A stretch of 64,000 nucleotides of DNA from the human T2T-CHM13v2.0 reference genome, Homo sapiens, in assembly GCF_009914755.1 (NCBI RefSeq), contig NC_060935.1; one strand, 5' to 3'. Position 1 is the stretch's first letter. The number at the start of each line of letters is the position of its first letter. The position numbers were made by a program, and so were the translations under genes. Of the stretch, positions 1 to 14,264 are shown in pieces. A model generated the notes under the pieces. That model saw nothing but the letters and a program-made list of their open reading frames with translations, was not told the origin of the DNA and did not search any database.

Positions 1-574
1 CCCTTGAACCAAGCATAGTTAATACGTTTCCCTTATTTTTGAAATACCCCTTGATGTCCAGGGTCCCCAGTACACAGTAGGCACTTAATGGTAACTTGTT
101 TCATTAGAGATAACAGACTTGGGAAATACTGCCCATAAAAGTTAAATTTTTATTTCTATGAGAAATGTTTTGTGAGACATTGGTTTTTATTTTTAATAAG
201 ACGTTAATAAAAATCATATGAACATTCTTCTGTGGTATGTATATAGAAATCAACAATATATTGCTAGTCATTTTATAATAGAGCTTGATTTCTTTATATT
301 GTTTTCATGTTGAAGACTGTAATGGAAACTGATAATTCTGGTCCCTTTGTTCTGTCCATAGTAGAGTTTGCTTCTGTCTCTGAACATTCGTTTATTATTT
401 TTAAACATTCCTTATACATGCAGTTAATTAAGCATGTAATATCCAAAAAAATCTATATATAGTTGTCACAATTCCTGTTTCAGTCTTAGATTTCTGTCAT
501 GTGAAAAGTGACTGCAGTCTAACTTGTCTCAAAATAAAAATGGCTTAGAGAATTTAAGAAGTATTACAAATGCC

Positions 575-745
575 TCAGTCAACTTGAGCAAAGCTGCAGG
601 ATACAAAATCAATGAAAACAAGCAGCTTTCCAGTATAATACTAATAATAAATTATCCAAAATGAAAATTGAGAAAACAATCCCCTTTATAATAGCAATAA
701 TAAAATTAGGAGCAAAGTTAACCAAGGAGGTAAAAGATCTGTATA
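575..745 (+). mobile_element. Old L1M ORF2 fragment
   Basis: agcaaagctgcaggatacaaaatcaat…caatcccctttataatagc…aaccaaggaggtaaaagatctgta resembles the L1 ORF2 RT region; heavily decayed. Confidence 0.7.
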
Positions 746-747
746 TA

Positions 748-3456
748 CGTAGCTTCCTTGGAGATAGATTTTGTAGGTTCAGTTCCAGACCACTGGCCTA
801 AAACAAATATCCCAATGAGTCACACATATTTTTTATTTCTTAGAGCATGTAAAAGTTATATTCATACTATACAGTAGCCTCTTAAGTGTGCAATAATAGT
901 GTTATGTCAACAAATCAATGTACATACCTTATTAAAAATATTTTATTACTAAAATAGGCTAACAATTATCTGAGCCTTTAGTGAGTTGCATTCATTTTTC
1001 TGGTGAAGGATCTTGCCTCGATGTTGATAGCAGCTGACTGATAAGGGTGGTGGTTGCTGAAGGCTGGGGTGGCTGTGGCGGTTTCTGAAAAGAAGACTAC
1101 AGTGAAGTTTGCCTCATAGGTTGACTCTTTCTTTCATGAAAGTATTTTCTGGAGTGTGCGATATTGCTTTTTGATAGCATTTTACCTATAAGAAAACATC
1201 TTTTAAAATTGTAGTCAATTCCCTCAAACACTGCTTCTGCCTTATCACGTAAGTATATGGAATATTCCAAATCCTTTGTTGTCATTTCAACAGTATTCAC
1301 AAGGAATAGATTCTATCTCAAGAAACTAGTTTCTTTGCTCATCCGTAAGAAGCAACTCCTCATCCTTTAAGTTTGACATGAGATTGCAGCAATTCAGTCT
1401 TGTCTTCAGGCTCCACTTCTAATTCTAGCTCTCTTCCTGTTTCCACCACATTTGCAGGAAGTTCCTCCACTGACGTCTTCAAACCCCACCAAGTAATCCA
1501 TAAGGCTTAGAATCAGCTTCTTCCATGAATCATAAACGTTGTCAATGGCTTCTAGAATGTTGAATCCTTTCCAGAAGGTTTTCAATTTACCTTGCCTAGA
1601 TCTATCAGAGAAATCACTGTCTATGACAATGATAGCCTTATTGTATTAGTCTATTCTCCCACTGCTATGAGTAACTACCTGAGACTGGGTAATTTATGAA
1701 GAAAAGAGGTTTAATTGACTCACAGCCATGTACAGGAAACATGGTTGTGGAGGCCTCAGGAAACTTACAATCATGGGGGAAGGGGAAGCTATCACCTTCT
1801 TCACATTGCAGAGCAGGAGGAAGAGAGAGAACAAAAGGGGAAGTGCTGCACACTTTCAAACAACCAGATCCCATGAGAGCTCACTCTCATGAGACTAGCA
1901 AGGGGGAAATCTGCCCCCATGATCCAGTCACCTTCCAGCAGGCCCCTCCTCCAACAGTGGGAATTACAGTTTGACATGAGATTTGGGTGGGAACACAGAG
2001 CCAAACCATATCAGTTATGAAATGCCTTTTTTTAATCATAAGACTTGAAAGTCAAAATTACTTCTTGATCCCTGGGCTGCAGAACAGATTTTATGTTAGC
2101 AGGCATGAGAGAACATTAATCTACTTGTACATATCCATCAGGGTGATCAGGTAAATTGGCAATGAGTAGTACTATATTTTAAGGAACCTTTTTTCCTTAG
2201 CAAAAGATCTCAAGAGGGCACTTAAAATATTCAGTAAACTACAATGTAAAAAGATGTGCTATCATTCAGGCTTTGTTGTAACCTTTCTAGAGCACAGGCA
2301 GAGTAGATTCCACATACATCTTAAGGGGTCTAAGATTTCTGGAATGGTAAATTAGCATTGGCTTCAACTTAAAGTCACCAGCTGCATTAGCCCCTAACAA
2401 GAGACTCAACCTGTCCTTTGACGCTTTGAAGCCAAACATTGACTTCTCTTCTCTAGCTATGAAAGTCCTGGATGGCATCTTCTTCTAAGAGAAGGCTGTT
2501 TTGTCTACATTGACAATCTGTTGTTTGGTGTAGCCACCTTCATCTATGATTTTAGCTATATCTTCTGGATAACTTGCAGCAGCCTCTACATCAGCATTTG
2601 CTGCTTCACCTGAGACGTATATGTTAGGATGTGGCTACTTTTCTTCCCCATGAACCAACCTCTGCTAGCTTCAAACATTTCTTCTGCAATTTCCTTATTT
2701 CTCTCAGCCTTCATGGAATTGAAGCGAGTTAGGACCGTGCTCTGGATAAGGCTTTGGCTTAAGGGAATATTGTGGTTGATCTTCTATCTAGACCCCTAAA
2801 ACTTTCTTCATATTTGCAATAAAGTCTGTTTTGATTTCTTACCATTTGTGTGTTCACTGGAGTAGCACTTTTGATTTCCCTCAAGAACTTTTGTATTCAC
2901 AGCTTGGTTGACTGGCACAAGAGGATTAGCTCTTAGCCTCTGTCAGCTTTCAACATACCTTCCTCACTAAGCTTAATGATTTCTAGCTTTTGATTTGAAA
3001 TGGTAGACATATGACTTTTCCTTTCAGTTGAATACTTGGAAGCCATTGTACGGTTACTAATTGGCCTAATTGTGTGTCGGGGAAGAGGGAAGCTGGAAGA
3101 GAGAGAGAGAGAAAGACAGAGAATGGCCAGTTAGCAAAGCAGGCAGAACACATGCAGTATTTATCAATTAAATTCACTGTTTTATATAGGTGTGAGACCA
3201 TGGAGCCCCAGAACAATCACAATAGTGGTGTCAAAGATCACTGATTGCAGATCACCATGACAAATATAATAATAATCAGAAACTTTGAAATATTATGAGA
3301 GTTAGAAAGTTGTGACACAGAGACATAAAGTGAGCATTGTTTAAAAAAATGGCACTAATAACCTTTCCAGACACGTGGGTGCCTCAAACCTTCAATTTGT
3401 AAAAAAATGCAATATCTAATGTACAGTAAAACAGAGTAATAAATGAGGCATGACTT
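748..3456 (-). mobile_element. Near-full-length Tigger1 (TcMar-Tigger DNA transposon), decayed and interrupted by an LTR
   Basis: Both termini are recognisable (…ggttcagttccagaccac at left, aaaccttcaatttgtaaaaaa…gaggcatgac at right). Transposase remnants appear in the ORF track: 2287-2478 [13 protein letters not shown]…[20 protein letters not shown] and 1097-1300. Confidence 0.92.
1642..2013 (-). mobile_element. MaLR solo LTR (MSTA/THE1-type) nested in Tigger1
   Basis: TG…CA ends (tgtattagtc…aaaccatatca), diagnostic ggaggcctcaggaaacttacaatcatgg, 5-bp TSD cttat/gttat. Confidence 0.9.
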
Positions 3457-3579
3457 TACTTGTAGTTCCCTTTGTTATAACTTCTGTTAGTGGCACTGAT
3501 GTATATAAGGTTGCAGAATTATTCACTTTATTTGATCATCTTTTTTAACAATAATAGTACTTGATCCTTTATTTTAGTT

Positions 3580-3750
3580 AACCAGATGTTGCCTTAAGCA
3601 CTTTACTTGTAAACTTACTTAATCCTCACAACCAGCCTATTAAATAACCGTTAAACTCATTTTATAGGTAAAGAAACTGAAGTGCAAAGAAGTTAATCAA
3701 ATGGACCAAGGTAATCTAACTAGTAAGGAGTAGAGTCAGATTTTAAACAG
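3580..3750 (-). mobile_element. MIR SINE
   Basis: ttaatcctcacaac…cattttataggtaaagaaactgaag…ccaaggt core. Confidence 0.7.
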
Positions 3751-3904
3751 AAATGAGATAAAACATACAGTTCTTTAATAGCACATTTGGTGCACAGAAG
3801 ATATTCCTCTTCTTCTTAAAAATGCTTCTTAAGGAATACTGATGAGCTCATTTGGACAGTGAGATAGTGTCTTATAATATTAGCAGCAAGTTCTATATTG
3901 TTAT

Positions 3905-4110
3905 CTTAACTTGAAATCAAACCCTGGCACTTACTGCAAGTATAAACTTGGGCATTCTAGTTGCCTTATCTAAGCTTTAATTTCCCCATATGAAAAATGG
4001 AGAAAATAATAAAACTACCTTCATAGGATTGAAATAGCTTAGACATTTCACATAATTTGTTTAGCATAGTTTCTTCCACATAGTAAGTACTAAAATGTTA
4101 ATTGTTTTTA
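3905..4110 (+). mobile_element. MIR SINE
   Basis: ccctggcacttact…cttgggca…tttccccatatgaaaaatggag…acctcataggattg-like core. Confidence 0.65.
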
Positions 4111-6443
4111 TTTTATAATTATTCATAATTATTGCTATTATATACTTTCTGTCAGTGTAACTAAAGTATCATTGTAAAAATGATGAAGTAATCATGCATG
4201 TAGATTAGTTTGCCTTATTTTGTTTCATGGTCACACTTTATCAATATTCAAAAATCAGCACGGAGACAACAACAACAAATCTGTGTTGGTTTTTGAATAT
4301 TGATAAAGTGGGGTTCACAGGGGTACCTAGCAAGAAGGCATCTAGATGAACATTACTTATAACTAATAACACTATACAACTTATGGAACACTATTAGATA
4401 TAGCACTCTTATAAAGTAGAAGGTATCATCATTTTTCAGACAGAAAGATGAAGGGGCATTGCCAGCCACCAAGAGGTGAATATATACTGTAGGTGAAATT
4501 TGAATCCAAGTCTTTTAATACTTAATTCAATAATCTGGGCACTATACTATCCCTGCATCCTTTAAAGGAATGTAAATCTTTCCTCTTTTTTTTTTTTTCT
4601 TTGTAGTTCATAGTGTGTTTTCTCTATCTTTACAACGTCCTTGTGAGGTATCAGCCCTGACTCCATTAACACCAATGGAGAAACAAACCAAATGACATTT
4701 CCTAGAAACTGTTAGTCAGTAGTTATCTCTGCATTCCATGTTTCCATGCCAGTCAATGCAAATGCTGAGCAGCTACTCAGGAGACTGAGGCAGGAGAATC
4801 CCATAGAGTTAGAATTGTAGATAGGAACATAATCAAGAAGCCATTCTATTGGAAAGTTTTTTAATTCAAATCAATACATGTATATCACTATATATTAAAT
4901 GTACGCATACCTCCATCCATGTATAGATGATCATAGCTTTAAGTGGTTCCTATGTGCTTAGATAGGAAAATAATCTCTTATAATTTGATGGTACTTACAT
5001 TGTAGATAAGATTTCACTATTTTACCCTCCTAATGATTCCTTATTTTGATGCCTAAAGACCAATACTTAAGAAATGTTTGAAGCTTCCCTCAAAATTGTA
5101 TTTTTCCAAAAGATCTTCTTACTACATTTTTAGGTCAAGTATGCATTTTTTTTAAGTTAATACTATTTACAAGTGCCATACATAAATAGTTATTGACTGT
5201 GCAATACAGTGGAGCCTCATTTATGTCATTCTTGACATCTATGTGAAAGATCTTGAGACTGAAATCTTGCTATACAATAAGATTATTTTCATTTTTCAGT
5301 GATCAACCCTCTTGAATGAGAGTCCAGCCTGTTTTCTAGCAATGAAGTCTTCTCTGTAATAGATCCAGTTACTTTTAGTAAATCTGGAGGAGGGAGAAAT
5401 CTCAATTGACTGAAGAAAGTTTTCTAGGTCTCTTGCTTTCAGTAGGGCCAATAGTGAGGAGTTAAGCTCTGCTTGAAACGTCTCCATAGGACACAATTTC
5501 CCTGTGAACTTTGTATCTTCTCTGCATAACAAGGTGGTGTTCTTGGTTTAAGAGTTCGTGCTTTTATCTGTAGATACATTCTTTCCTCTACCGCATTTCC
5601 CTGGCTGCCCTGCTGCAGAAGAATTTGCTACAGAGAATTTATTCTAAATGTATTTCATGATACCTAGTTTGGCCCTGACATTGCTATACGCATTACTATT
5701 TTTACTTATAGGTTCTTTGTTCAGGGTCATTGGGTTTCCAGTAGTCCTTGAAATGGTTTAGAAGCTATATGTTATTTCTGCTTTTCAAACTTAAATGGTG
5801 AGAAATATTCTAAAGTACTTAGGAAACGTGATATTGACTTCCTTGGAAAACACAAACAAGTACTCAATAAAATTGGAAACACTGTATTTCACACTTATGT
5901 TTTAGAGTTCAAAGTTACAGATACAAACAGGAGTATGTTTCAAGCATTTGGAATCGGTAGATTTGTAGTGCTCATCATTTGATGTTAACCACAAAACTTT
6001 GATAAAATGGCAACTGTCAGTGAGTTAAGCCATTCTATGTTTAATTTTATTCTGTAATTGTTGATTGGTTGTTGAGAAAACACAGATATCAGAGTTTATT
6101 ATCAGAGTGATCCAAGAAAGAAGGTTTAAAAAAAAAAAAAAAAGGATTTTCCAAAGAATTGTAATAGAATACTTTTGTACACCTTATAATCTATTCTTTG
6201 GTACTGTTGTAAATAAATTGTACCAGCATTTGAATTTTAAGTGTTTTATTGGGTTGTTCCTACTGCTGTCACCAACATTCTATATGTATTAAATTAGTAT
6301 TAAAACTTTATAATATACATGGAAGTAATTGGAAACCCTCTAAAGACTATGAATCAGTGAGGCAAACATTTAGAACTGTCTATAGATTTAAAAATTAAAT
6401 TATAAACCTCAGCCTGTTTCCAGTATAAAAATTAACTAAAACC

Positions 6444-6793
<350 letters not shown>

Positions 6794-6921
6794 TTACATC
6801 AGAAATACATACAATTTTCATGTTTATTCTATGAACAAAATGTATTGAGCACACGTTTGTCAAAGCTGCCAGGATTAGAATCTACCAGGAAGTGTCAGCA
6901 TTTGCTGAACATCACTGTTAG

Positions 6922-7222
<301 letters not shown>

Positions 7223-7564
7223 TGGTTCATTTATTCTTAATATAACATTGTTCCTATTTACCTAACTCTTGTTCTCTATAGACGGCTCCTATTTTTCAGT
7301 GTTCTTGTTGTAATTTAGCAATCAAAATTGAATATGAAGCCCCCAAAGAGTATCTGGATACTATAGCATTTTTAAAAATAGTGTATTTATATTGATCAGT
7401 AAAATTATTTATCTTCTTATTGTTCATGTCATATTATTTATTCAGATGAAAATAAAATCTCAGCAGCCCCTTAAGGAACAGCTTTTTGATCCTTTCCTTG
7501 CCTAGTAGACTTTTTGGTGAGACTTTTTACTATGTTTTAGTTTTTTTTCTTCCAAATTAATGAG

Positions 7565-7867
<303 letters not shown>

Positions 7868-8819
7868 TAGATTTGATGATTTTAATATATGGACAGGATC
7901 TGCCCTTCTACCTCATTCTCCTTTCCCAGTCTTGAGTCAGGAGAAAGTTGATTAGCATGCCATCATCTGTCTCATGTTGTCACTGATACAAAAACATTCG
8001 ATTCAATGGTGTTGATCTGTTTCGTAACAAGCACATTCCTCAGCATTGGGGGATGCAAAACTAATATATGATGCTTGCCCTCACAGACCACACATTGTAG
8101 CAGAAGAAACTCCAGAGAAATAAATAATTATAATTGAAAGGCATCACTGATGTACCTGAAGTATGCCCATCATATTTTTCAAGCACAGTGGGAGGAACAA
8201 CTCACTCTGGCTAACCAGGGGAGGCTGACAAAGATCCCTGTATAGTTCTACCATCCAGCAGGTGCAATATAAAGACTGGTGGAAATTCTCCAGTCAGCAC
8301 AGGGGAAAATGGCATCCCTGGCAAAAGAGAAGACAGGGAAAGGAAGTGACATAGTGGTATAAAAATTTGAAATTTGTGATGTGGCTTAGAAGCTTGATAT
8401 ATACGGGTATGATTGCAGCTGCTACATTTAGCCTTTTTTTCTTTCTTTTTGGAGAATGAACCGCATTAAGAAATACATTTTACATCACAATTTAGCAAGT
8501 ATATGTGCTAACATACTTCTGTTTCTACAAGGGATGTATTGTGGTATTTTCTATTGCATTTTACTCTAATTTAGTTCATTTAAAAAAATGCTGATTCTAA
8601 CCCATGAAACTCATTGTATAACCTACCAGTGTGTTATATAACCCACGGTATGAGTAAATACCAGGCCAGTGTTTAGCATGTGTATGTAAATGGAGGATGA
8701 AGGCAGAATTAGTGAGAAATGAGGCATGAAATAGCCAGCTGGGGTAGAATAATGGAGAGTTTTGTGTCACATCCAGTTTTTTGTTTAATAATAATGAAGA
8801 TCAGGATATATATAATTGG

Positions 8820-9052
8820 TATTAATAACATCTGTCAGGCAGTCTTCTAGATGACTCACATATATTTACTTATTTAATCTTTACAACAAATCCATGAGGT
8901 AGGGCCTATTATTTTCAGCCTCTTTTTACTAATGAGTAAACTGAGCCACAGAAAGGGCAATGTAATTTGCCTAAGATTAGACAGATAGTAACTACCAGAG
9001 CAGGGATTGAACGCAGGCAGTTTAACTCTAAGGCACATGCCCCTCAACCACA
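8820..9052 (-). mobile_element. MIR SINE
   Basis: tttaatctttacaacaa…atgagtaaactgagccacaga…ttgcctaag…gcagggattgaacgcaggcagt. Confidence 0.8.
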
Positions 9053-9188
9053 TACTATATTCATGAGGGCAGTCCAGTCTTGACTCTGCATTTCAAGAAG
9101 ACAGCTTATGAGCAATGTGAAAGGCTGGTGCTGAGAAACCACCCACCAGCCAATAATTAATAATTATTTACATTAGAATGTTCATAGT

Positions 9189-9580
9189 TGTCTTTGTCTT
9201 GTGTTGCAGAATACCTGAGTTGGAGTAATTTACAAAGAAAAGAGGTTCATGGTCCTGCAGGTTTGGATGTTCAGGTGCATGGCACTGGCTTCTCCCAAGG
9301 GCTTTTGTGCTGTGTCATACATACGGATGTTCAGAGCTGGACGTCTGTGCAAAAAAGGGACCAAACAGGAGAAGGAGTCTTACCTTATAACAACCTGCTA
9401 TTGTGGGAAGTAATCTATTCCCATGACAGTGAGAGCTCACCTAGTCCCAATAGACAGCACTAATCTATTCTTGAGATACCCAAACACCTCCCACTAGGCC
9501 CTGATTCCCAGGACTGCTACACTGGTAATTAAACCTCAGCATGAGTTTTGGTGGTAACGAACTACATCCAGACCATAGCA
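9189..9580 (-). mobile_element. MaLR LTR (MSTC/MLT1A-like)
   Basis: cagaatacctgag…gtaatttacaaagaaaagaggtt…cagcatgagttttggtgg…atccagaccatagca. Confidence 0.75.
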
Positions 9581-10250
9581 GTGATAAATTTTGTTTACTG
9601 TCAATGTCTGTTACCTGCCAGACATTCAAGGCTTGGAAACTACAACACAATACCAGCAGGAGAGCAGGTGTGGACACCTCGGGCCTGTGTCAGATCGCAA
9701 AGGTCTTTGACTGTAAGCTCCCACTGAATACCATCAAGTGAAGGGCAGACTTCTGGAGCCCCCGTATTTTCCATGGAGTTCACAGATGAGCCTCTTTGTT
9801 GGTCCTCCTGTTTCCTTGGGGCACCACCTTTTGCCTTTTTCATTCTCTGCCTTGATTCTGCAGCTTCTGGAATTGTAATGTGTTTATTTTTGTGCCAGAT
9901 TAGTTCTCCAGTCTACCGTATCTTTCCTTTTTAAAATGTATTCCTTTCCTTCCCTTTGGGTAGGATAGGCTTATTGCCCCATCTGTGAATTCCACTGTTA
10001 TTATCCAGTCCCCAAAAGAAGTGTGGCACAGGAGAAAGTGAATCCAGTGTCTTCTGTGCTGTCTTTAACAGTTCTTACTTACCAGCTCAAAGCACGTATC
10101 TCAGGACTCAGATGACTCTGTTCTCTTTTACCTCAGGATGAGTTTTCTACCCTGCAGTTAAGGGTGATTTTTGTTTCCATCCTGATTTGCAAATGTTAAT
10201 TTCTATGTTTTAAGGCAAGGGTTGGCAAACTGCTGACTAAATCTAATCCA

Positions 10251-10253
<3 letters not shown>

Positions 10254-10338
<85 letters not shown>
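10254..10338. repeat. Compound microsatellite (TC)~18(GT)24
   Basis: Read directly from the sequence. Confidence 0.98.
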
Positions 10339-10340
<2 letters not shown>

Positions 10341-10366
10341 CTCATGAACTATGAATGGTTGTTACA

Positions 10367-10977
10367 TTTTTATTTTTTATTTTTTGTTACACTTTGATTT
10401 TTTATTTATTTTATTTTTTATTTATTTTTTGCTTTTAAAGTTTTCAGACTTTATTTCACAGTGATCAACACAGGAACGTACTGGAGTTAGTAACCCGGTG
10501 CCCAGCCTCCCACCATCCGCTTTATCAGGTCCTGTTCCTAGGAGGATTGGGCTAGGGCTGGGGCTAGGGGTGGGGATGGGGAAAGGACGTTGCAATTTAA
10601 GGCATTTCTGGCTTCGGAGCCATCCCTGCCACTCCTGCACCTGCCCCTTGACCTTGGTCAGACATTGGCTGGACCCTGGTCATTCTGAGACAAGGATGAC
10701 CATCACTGACACTGGGGGGAGGGTTTGCAGTGAGGCAGCCCTCAGCCACTCTCGGCCGAGACGGGAAGGATGAGACCCACCATTCCAGGGGTCAAATAAA
10801 ATCAACACATGAAGAACACGGTTGGTGGCCAGGCCCAGATACCCAGGCAGGCAACAGAGGTCAACCCCATCCCACAGTGGGCTCTTCTCAGTGGCCCGTC
10901 ACAGGGCCTGGGGTGTGGCAGAGGGACATGGCCACGTCCAGGGTGGCGGGGGGTGACTGGACAGGGCCAGCTGAGGG
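10367..10977 (-). pseudogene. 5'-truncated processed retrocopy of an mRNA 3'UTR
   Basis: GC-rich block in AT-rich surroundings that matches no repeat I recognise. On the minus strand, AATAAA (10450-10455) lies 19 nt before a degenerate poly(A) tail (10367-10430). It sits at a T-rich site inside MER58. Confidence 0.8.
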
Positions 10978-12789
10978 TAATTAAAGAGTAGCATAAAGAG
11001 GGTAAATAAAGAGTAACATTTTTTGACAAGCGGAAACTGTAGAATTCAGATTTCAGTGTCCATAAATAAAGTTTTATTGGAATATAGTGTCTCTTACCTG
11101 TTTATGTGTTCTCTGTGGTTGTTATCTTGTTACAAGAGCACAGTTGGGTGGTTGTGTAGGAGAGCATGTGGCCCACAAAATATAAAATGCTTAACTCTTT
11201 GATTCCTTATAAAAAAAATTTGCTCACCACTCACTGGACTAAGACCTGAAACAAATTTCAGTCCTTACCTTTGCAAAATACCTTCTCTGGTAGCACAAAC
11301 TTAATAACATGTGTTTGATAATTTGGCTTCCTATGTTGGAAAACCACAGAATTTACAGCAAGATGAACTTGAATTTGACCTTGAACAAATTTGTGGCTGA
11401 AAATAATATTCTTAACACAGACACCACAAATTTTTATTTCAAGTATTTTTATTTTCATGGAAACCTTTTACCTTTGAAGAAAATATATACGTTCTTAGTT
11501 TAGGGCTATAGCTTAGCACACAAGCAATATAGAAGAGAAAAATAAAGAATCCTTTTTGCTTCTGTAGTTGGACGTATTTAAATATTTAAGAGAAGGTCAG
11601 GTAAAAACACTTTACAATCAGATGCTTTTATTTAGTTTTCAGAACTGCTAAATATGGTGGACAACCATCCTCCCAACAACATTTGTTATTTTAAGTAAGA
11701 ATGTGGTGAATCTCATCACGGATTTGTCTGTATGCACTGCTTTTACTTTATACAAAATCAGCCAATTAAAAAGAAAAAATTATTTTGTTTCCTTGGGATT
11801 GTGCAGATAAGTGAACTCATTTGTTAGCCAACATTATTGAAATCTGTGGGTATGTTTGTGTAGACTCAGCCCTAGAGCAAGCAATATATTTGCAACTGAA
11901 CACATATATTGAGAGAAATCTGGTAAGCTCTACCATTTATATTCATCATAGTAAACAGCTCACTGACTTTATTAATAGGTTTCACTTAATACAGCTTCTT
12001 ACTGTTCTGTATTTAGAGTTGATTTTACGTCTTTCTCTTCTATATACAGCCAGTAATAATCTGAAGCCAAATTTAATGCTCTCCAGAGACCATGCAACCC
12101 ACGTTTGCATCAAGAGCCTGGTGATTTACAGACTCTGAGTTGGAGAGATGACCTCTACAATTACTGTAGAAACCCAGTGAGAAGTGAAGTGAGCTCACTG
12201 TAGAAAGATTTCAGGCATTGAAAAAACTTGCCTTATTTGGTAAATGTGGTTAACTGGTCCCAGCTGGTAATACTGGTGAGCTCATTGTGAGATGTATTGT
12301 CTCTTAAAGCCAAATTCTTGTATTTTTAAAAATCTGTTAGAATTGGAGTATTAAATAGTATTTGTTCAGTTTTTCTTGATGTTCTAGGAAGTAAATCAAA
12401 TCAGAAACAATAGAGTTCCATTTTGAAAACTAAAGCTCAGATGCAGTGACACTTAAAATATTCCCAGTATATCTTTTCTTGTCTCTTATGTTGCTTACCT
12501 TACTTAGCCTCTGGGGAATTTGGAGTTTAATTTATGCCTTGAAATACAAGACTCCTACGGGAAGCAAATTTATGTGGCCATGTGTGCTTTACTATACTTC
12601 TTTGCTCATGTAAGTTTACTCTGTATATTACACTTTCAGGATAGATTCTGTTAATTGCATTTTCTTTAATGACCAGTAGCATTTCATGCTTGTAAATGAA
12701 AGACTATGGTTTCTCATGTCTTCTGTAAAATTCCTACCTCAGATTTGTCTGTATCTTGAGTCTGGCTTTCCAGAGATTCAGTTGTTTCA

Positions 12790-13510
<721 letters not shown>

Positions 13511-14092
13511 TAGGCCTCACTTTCAACTGTTTCCTTTTGGGTTATATTGATACGATTTGGCTGGTCCTCTCTGCCGAGTCACCCATTCTCCATGCGGTAG
13601 TAGGAGGGAATAGGTCCTCTGTACCCTTACCAATCAAACTGTGGTCCAATTACTAATGCTTAGAAAGATTCCTCAGCAATTGTTTTCTCCCAGGGACCTG
13701 CTTTAAAAATCTAATTTCATTTGTTTGTGGGTGAGGGAAAGGAAAGTGGTTTCCTAAAGTAAGTGCTTTCTTTCTAACTTAAACTAAAATACCACATTCT
13801 CTCATTTGAGGTCATAAAAGTAGCTCTCATCCCAGGGGACATGCGGAGATTAGAAAATGAGCAAAGGGAAGAGGAGGAGAAATGAGTAAGTCAGTGGCAA
13901 GAGCATCCTCTCCCCGCCAAATTATATTATGTTTTCATTTTATCTTGCACATGTTCTGCTTGAAATCCTATCTGCACCCATTACAACACTGCTTCCTGGC
14001 ATCTAATGAAAGATGCCTCCATGGACTTGCTTAAAACACAAGGAAACAAGCTTATTCTTTGGGGAGTTACATATATATATATGTATATAGTA

Positions 14093-14152
14093 TATAAAAA
14101 TTCTAGAAGATAACATCAGAAAAACTCTTCTAGAGATTAGCTTAGGCAAGGA
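14093..14152 (+). repeat. 60-bp L1 fragment; inverted copy of 16338-16397
   Basis: Its reverse complement matches 16338-16397 at 59/60 positions. Confidence 0.93.
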
Positions 14153-14264
14153 AAGGAGACATGAACAATTTTTTTTTTTTCAAGGAAAGAAGACATGAAC
14201 AAATATTTAGTGTGGTTTAGTTTGAGGTAGATAATATTTTAATAAAAAAATTAATAATGCCTCA

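Larger units (their letters stand above)
10216..11232 (+). mobile_element. MER58B-like hAT-Charlie MITE split by a microsatellite and a retrocopy
   Basis: The 5' part caagggttggcaaact…gaatggttgttacattttt (10216-10370) and the 3' part ttcagtgtccataaataaagttttattggaa…aaatttgctcacc (11000-11232) are collinear with the recalled MER58B consensus. Confidence 0.8.

Noticed and set aside
5299-5533. Possible cryptic exon after ttttcatttttcag
   Set aside because: The donor (aag|gtggtg) is weak and there is no similarity to the expected ARHGAP42 peptide.
10422-11029. Overlapping short ORFs in the GC-rich block
   Set aside because: GC richness reduces stop codons; the block is better explained as a 3'UTR retrocopy.
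11821-12138. 105-aa ORF in apparently non-repeat sequence
   Set aside because: Non-ATG start, AT-rich low-information peptide, and no splice or domain support.
12231-12240. Single CArG boxes (also 18159-18168 inside the L1, and 57895-57904)
   Set aside because: Several isolated CC(A/T)6GG matches are expected by chance in 64 kb of AT-rich DNA; there is no independent support.
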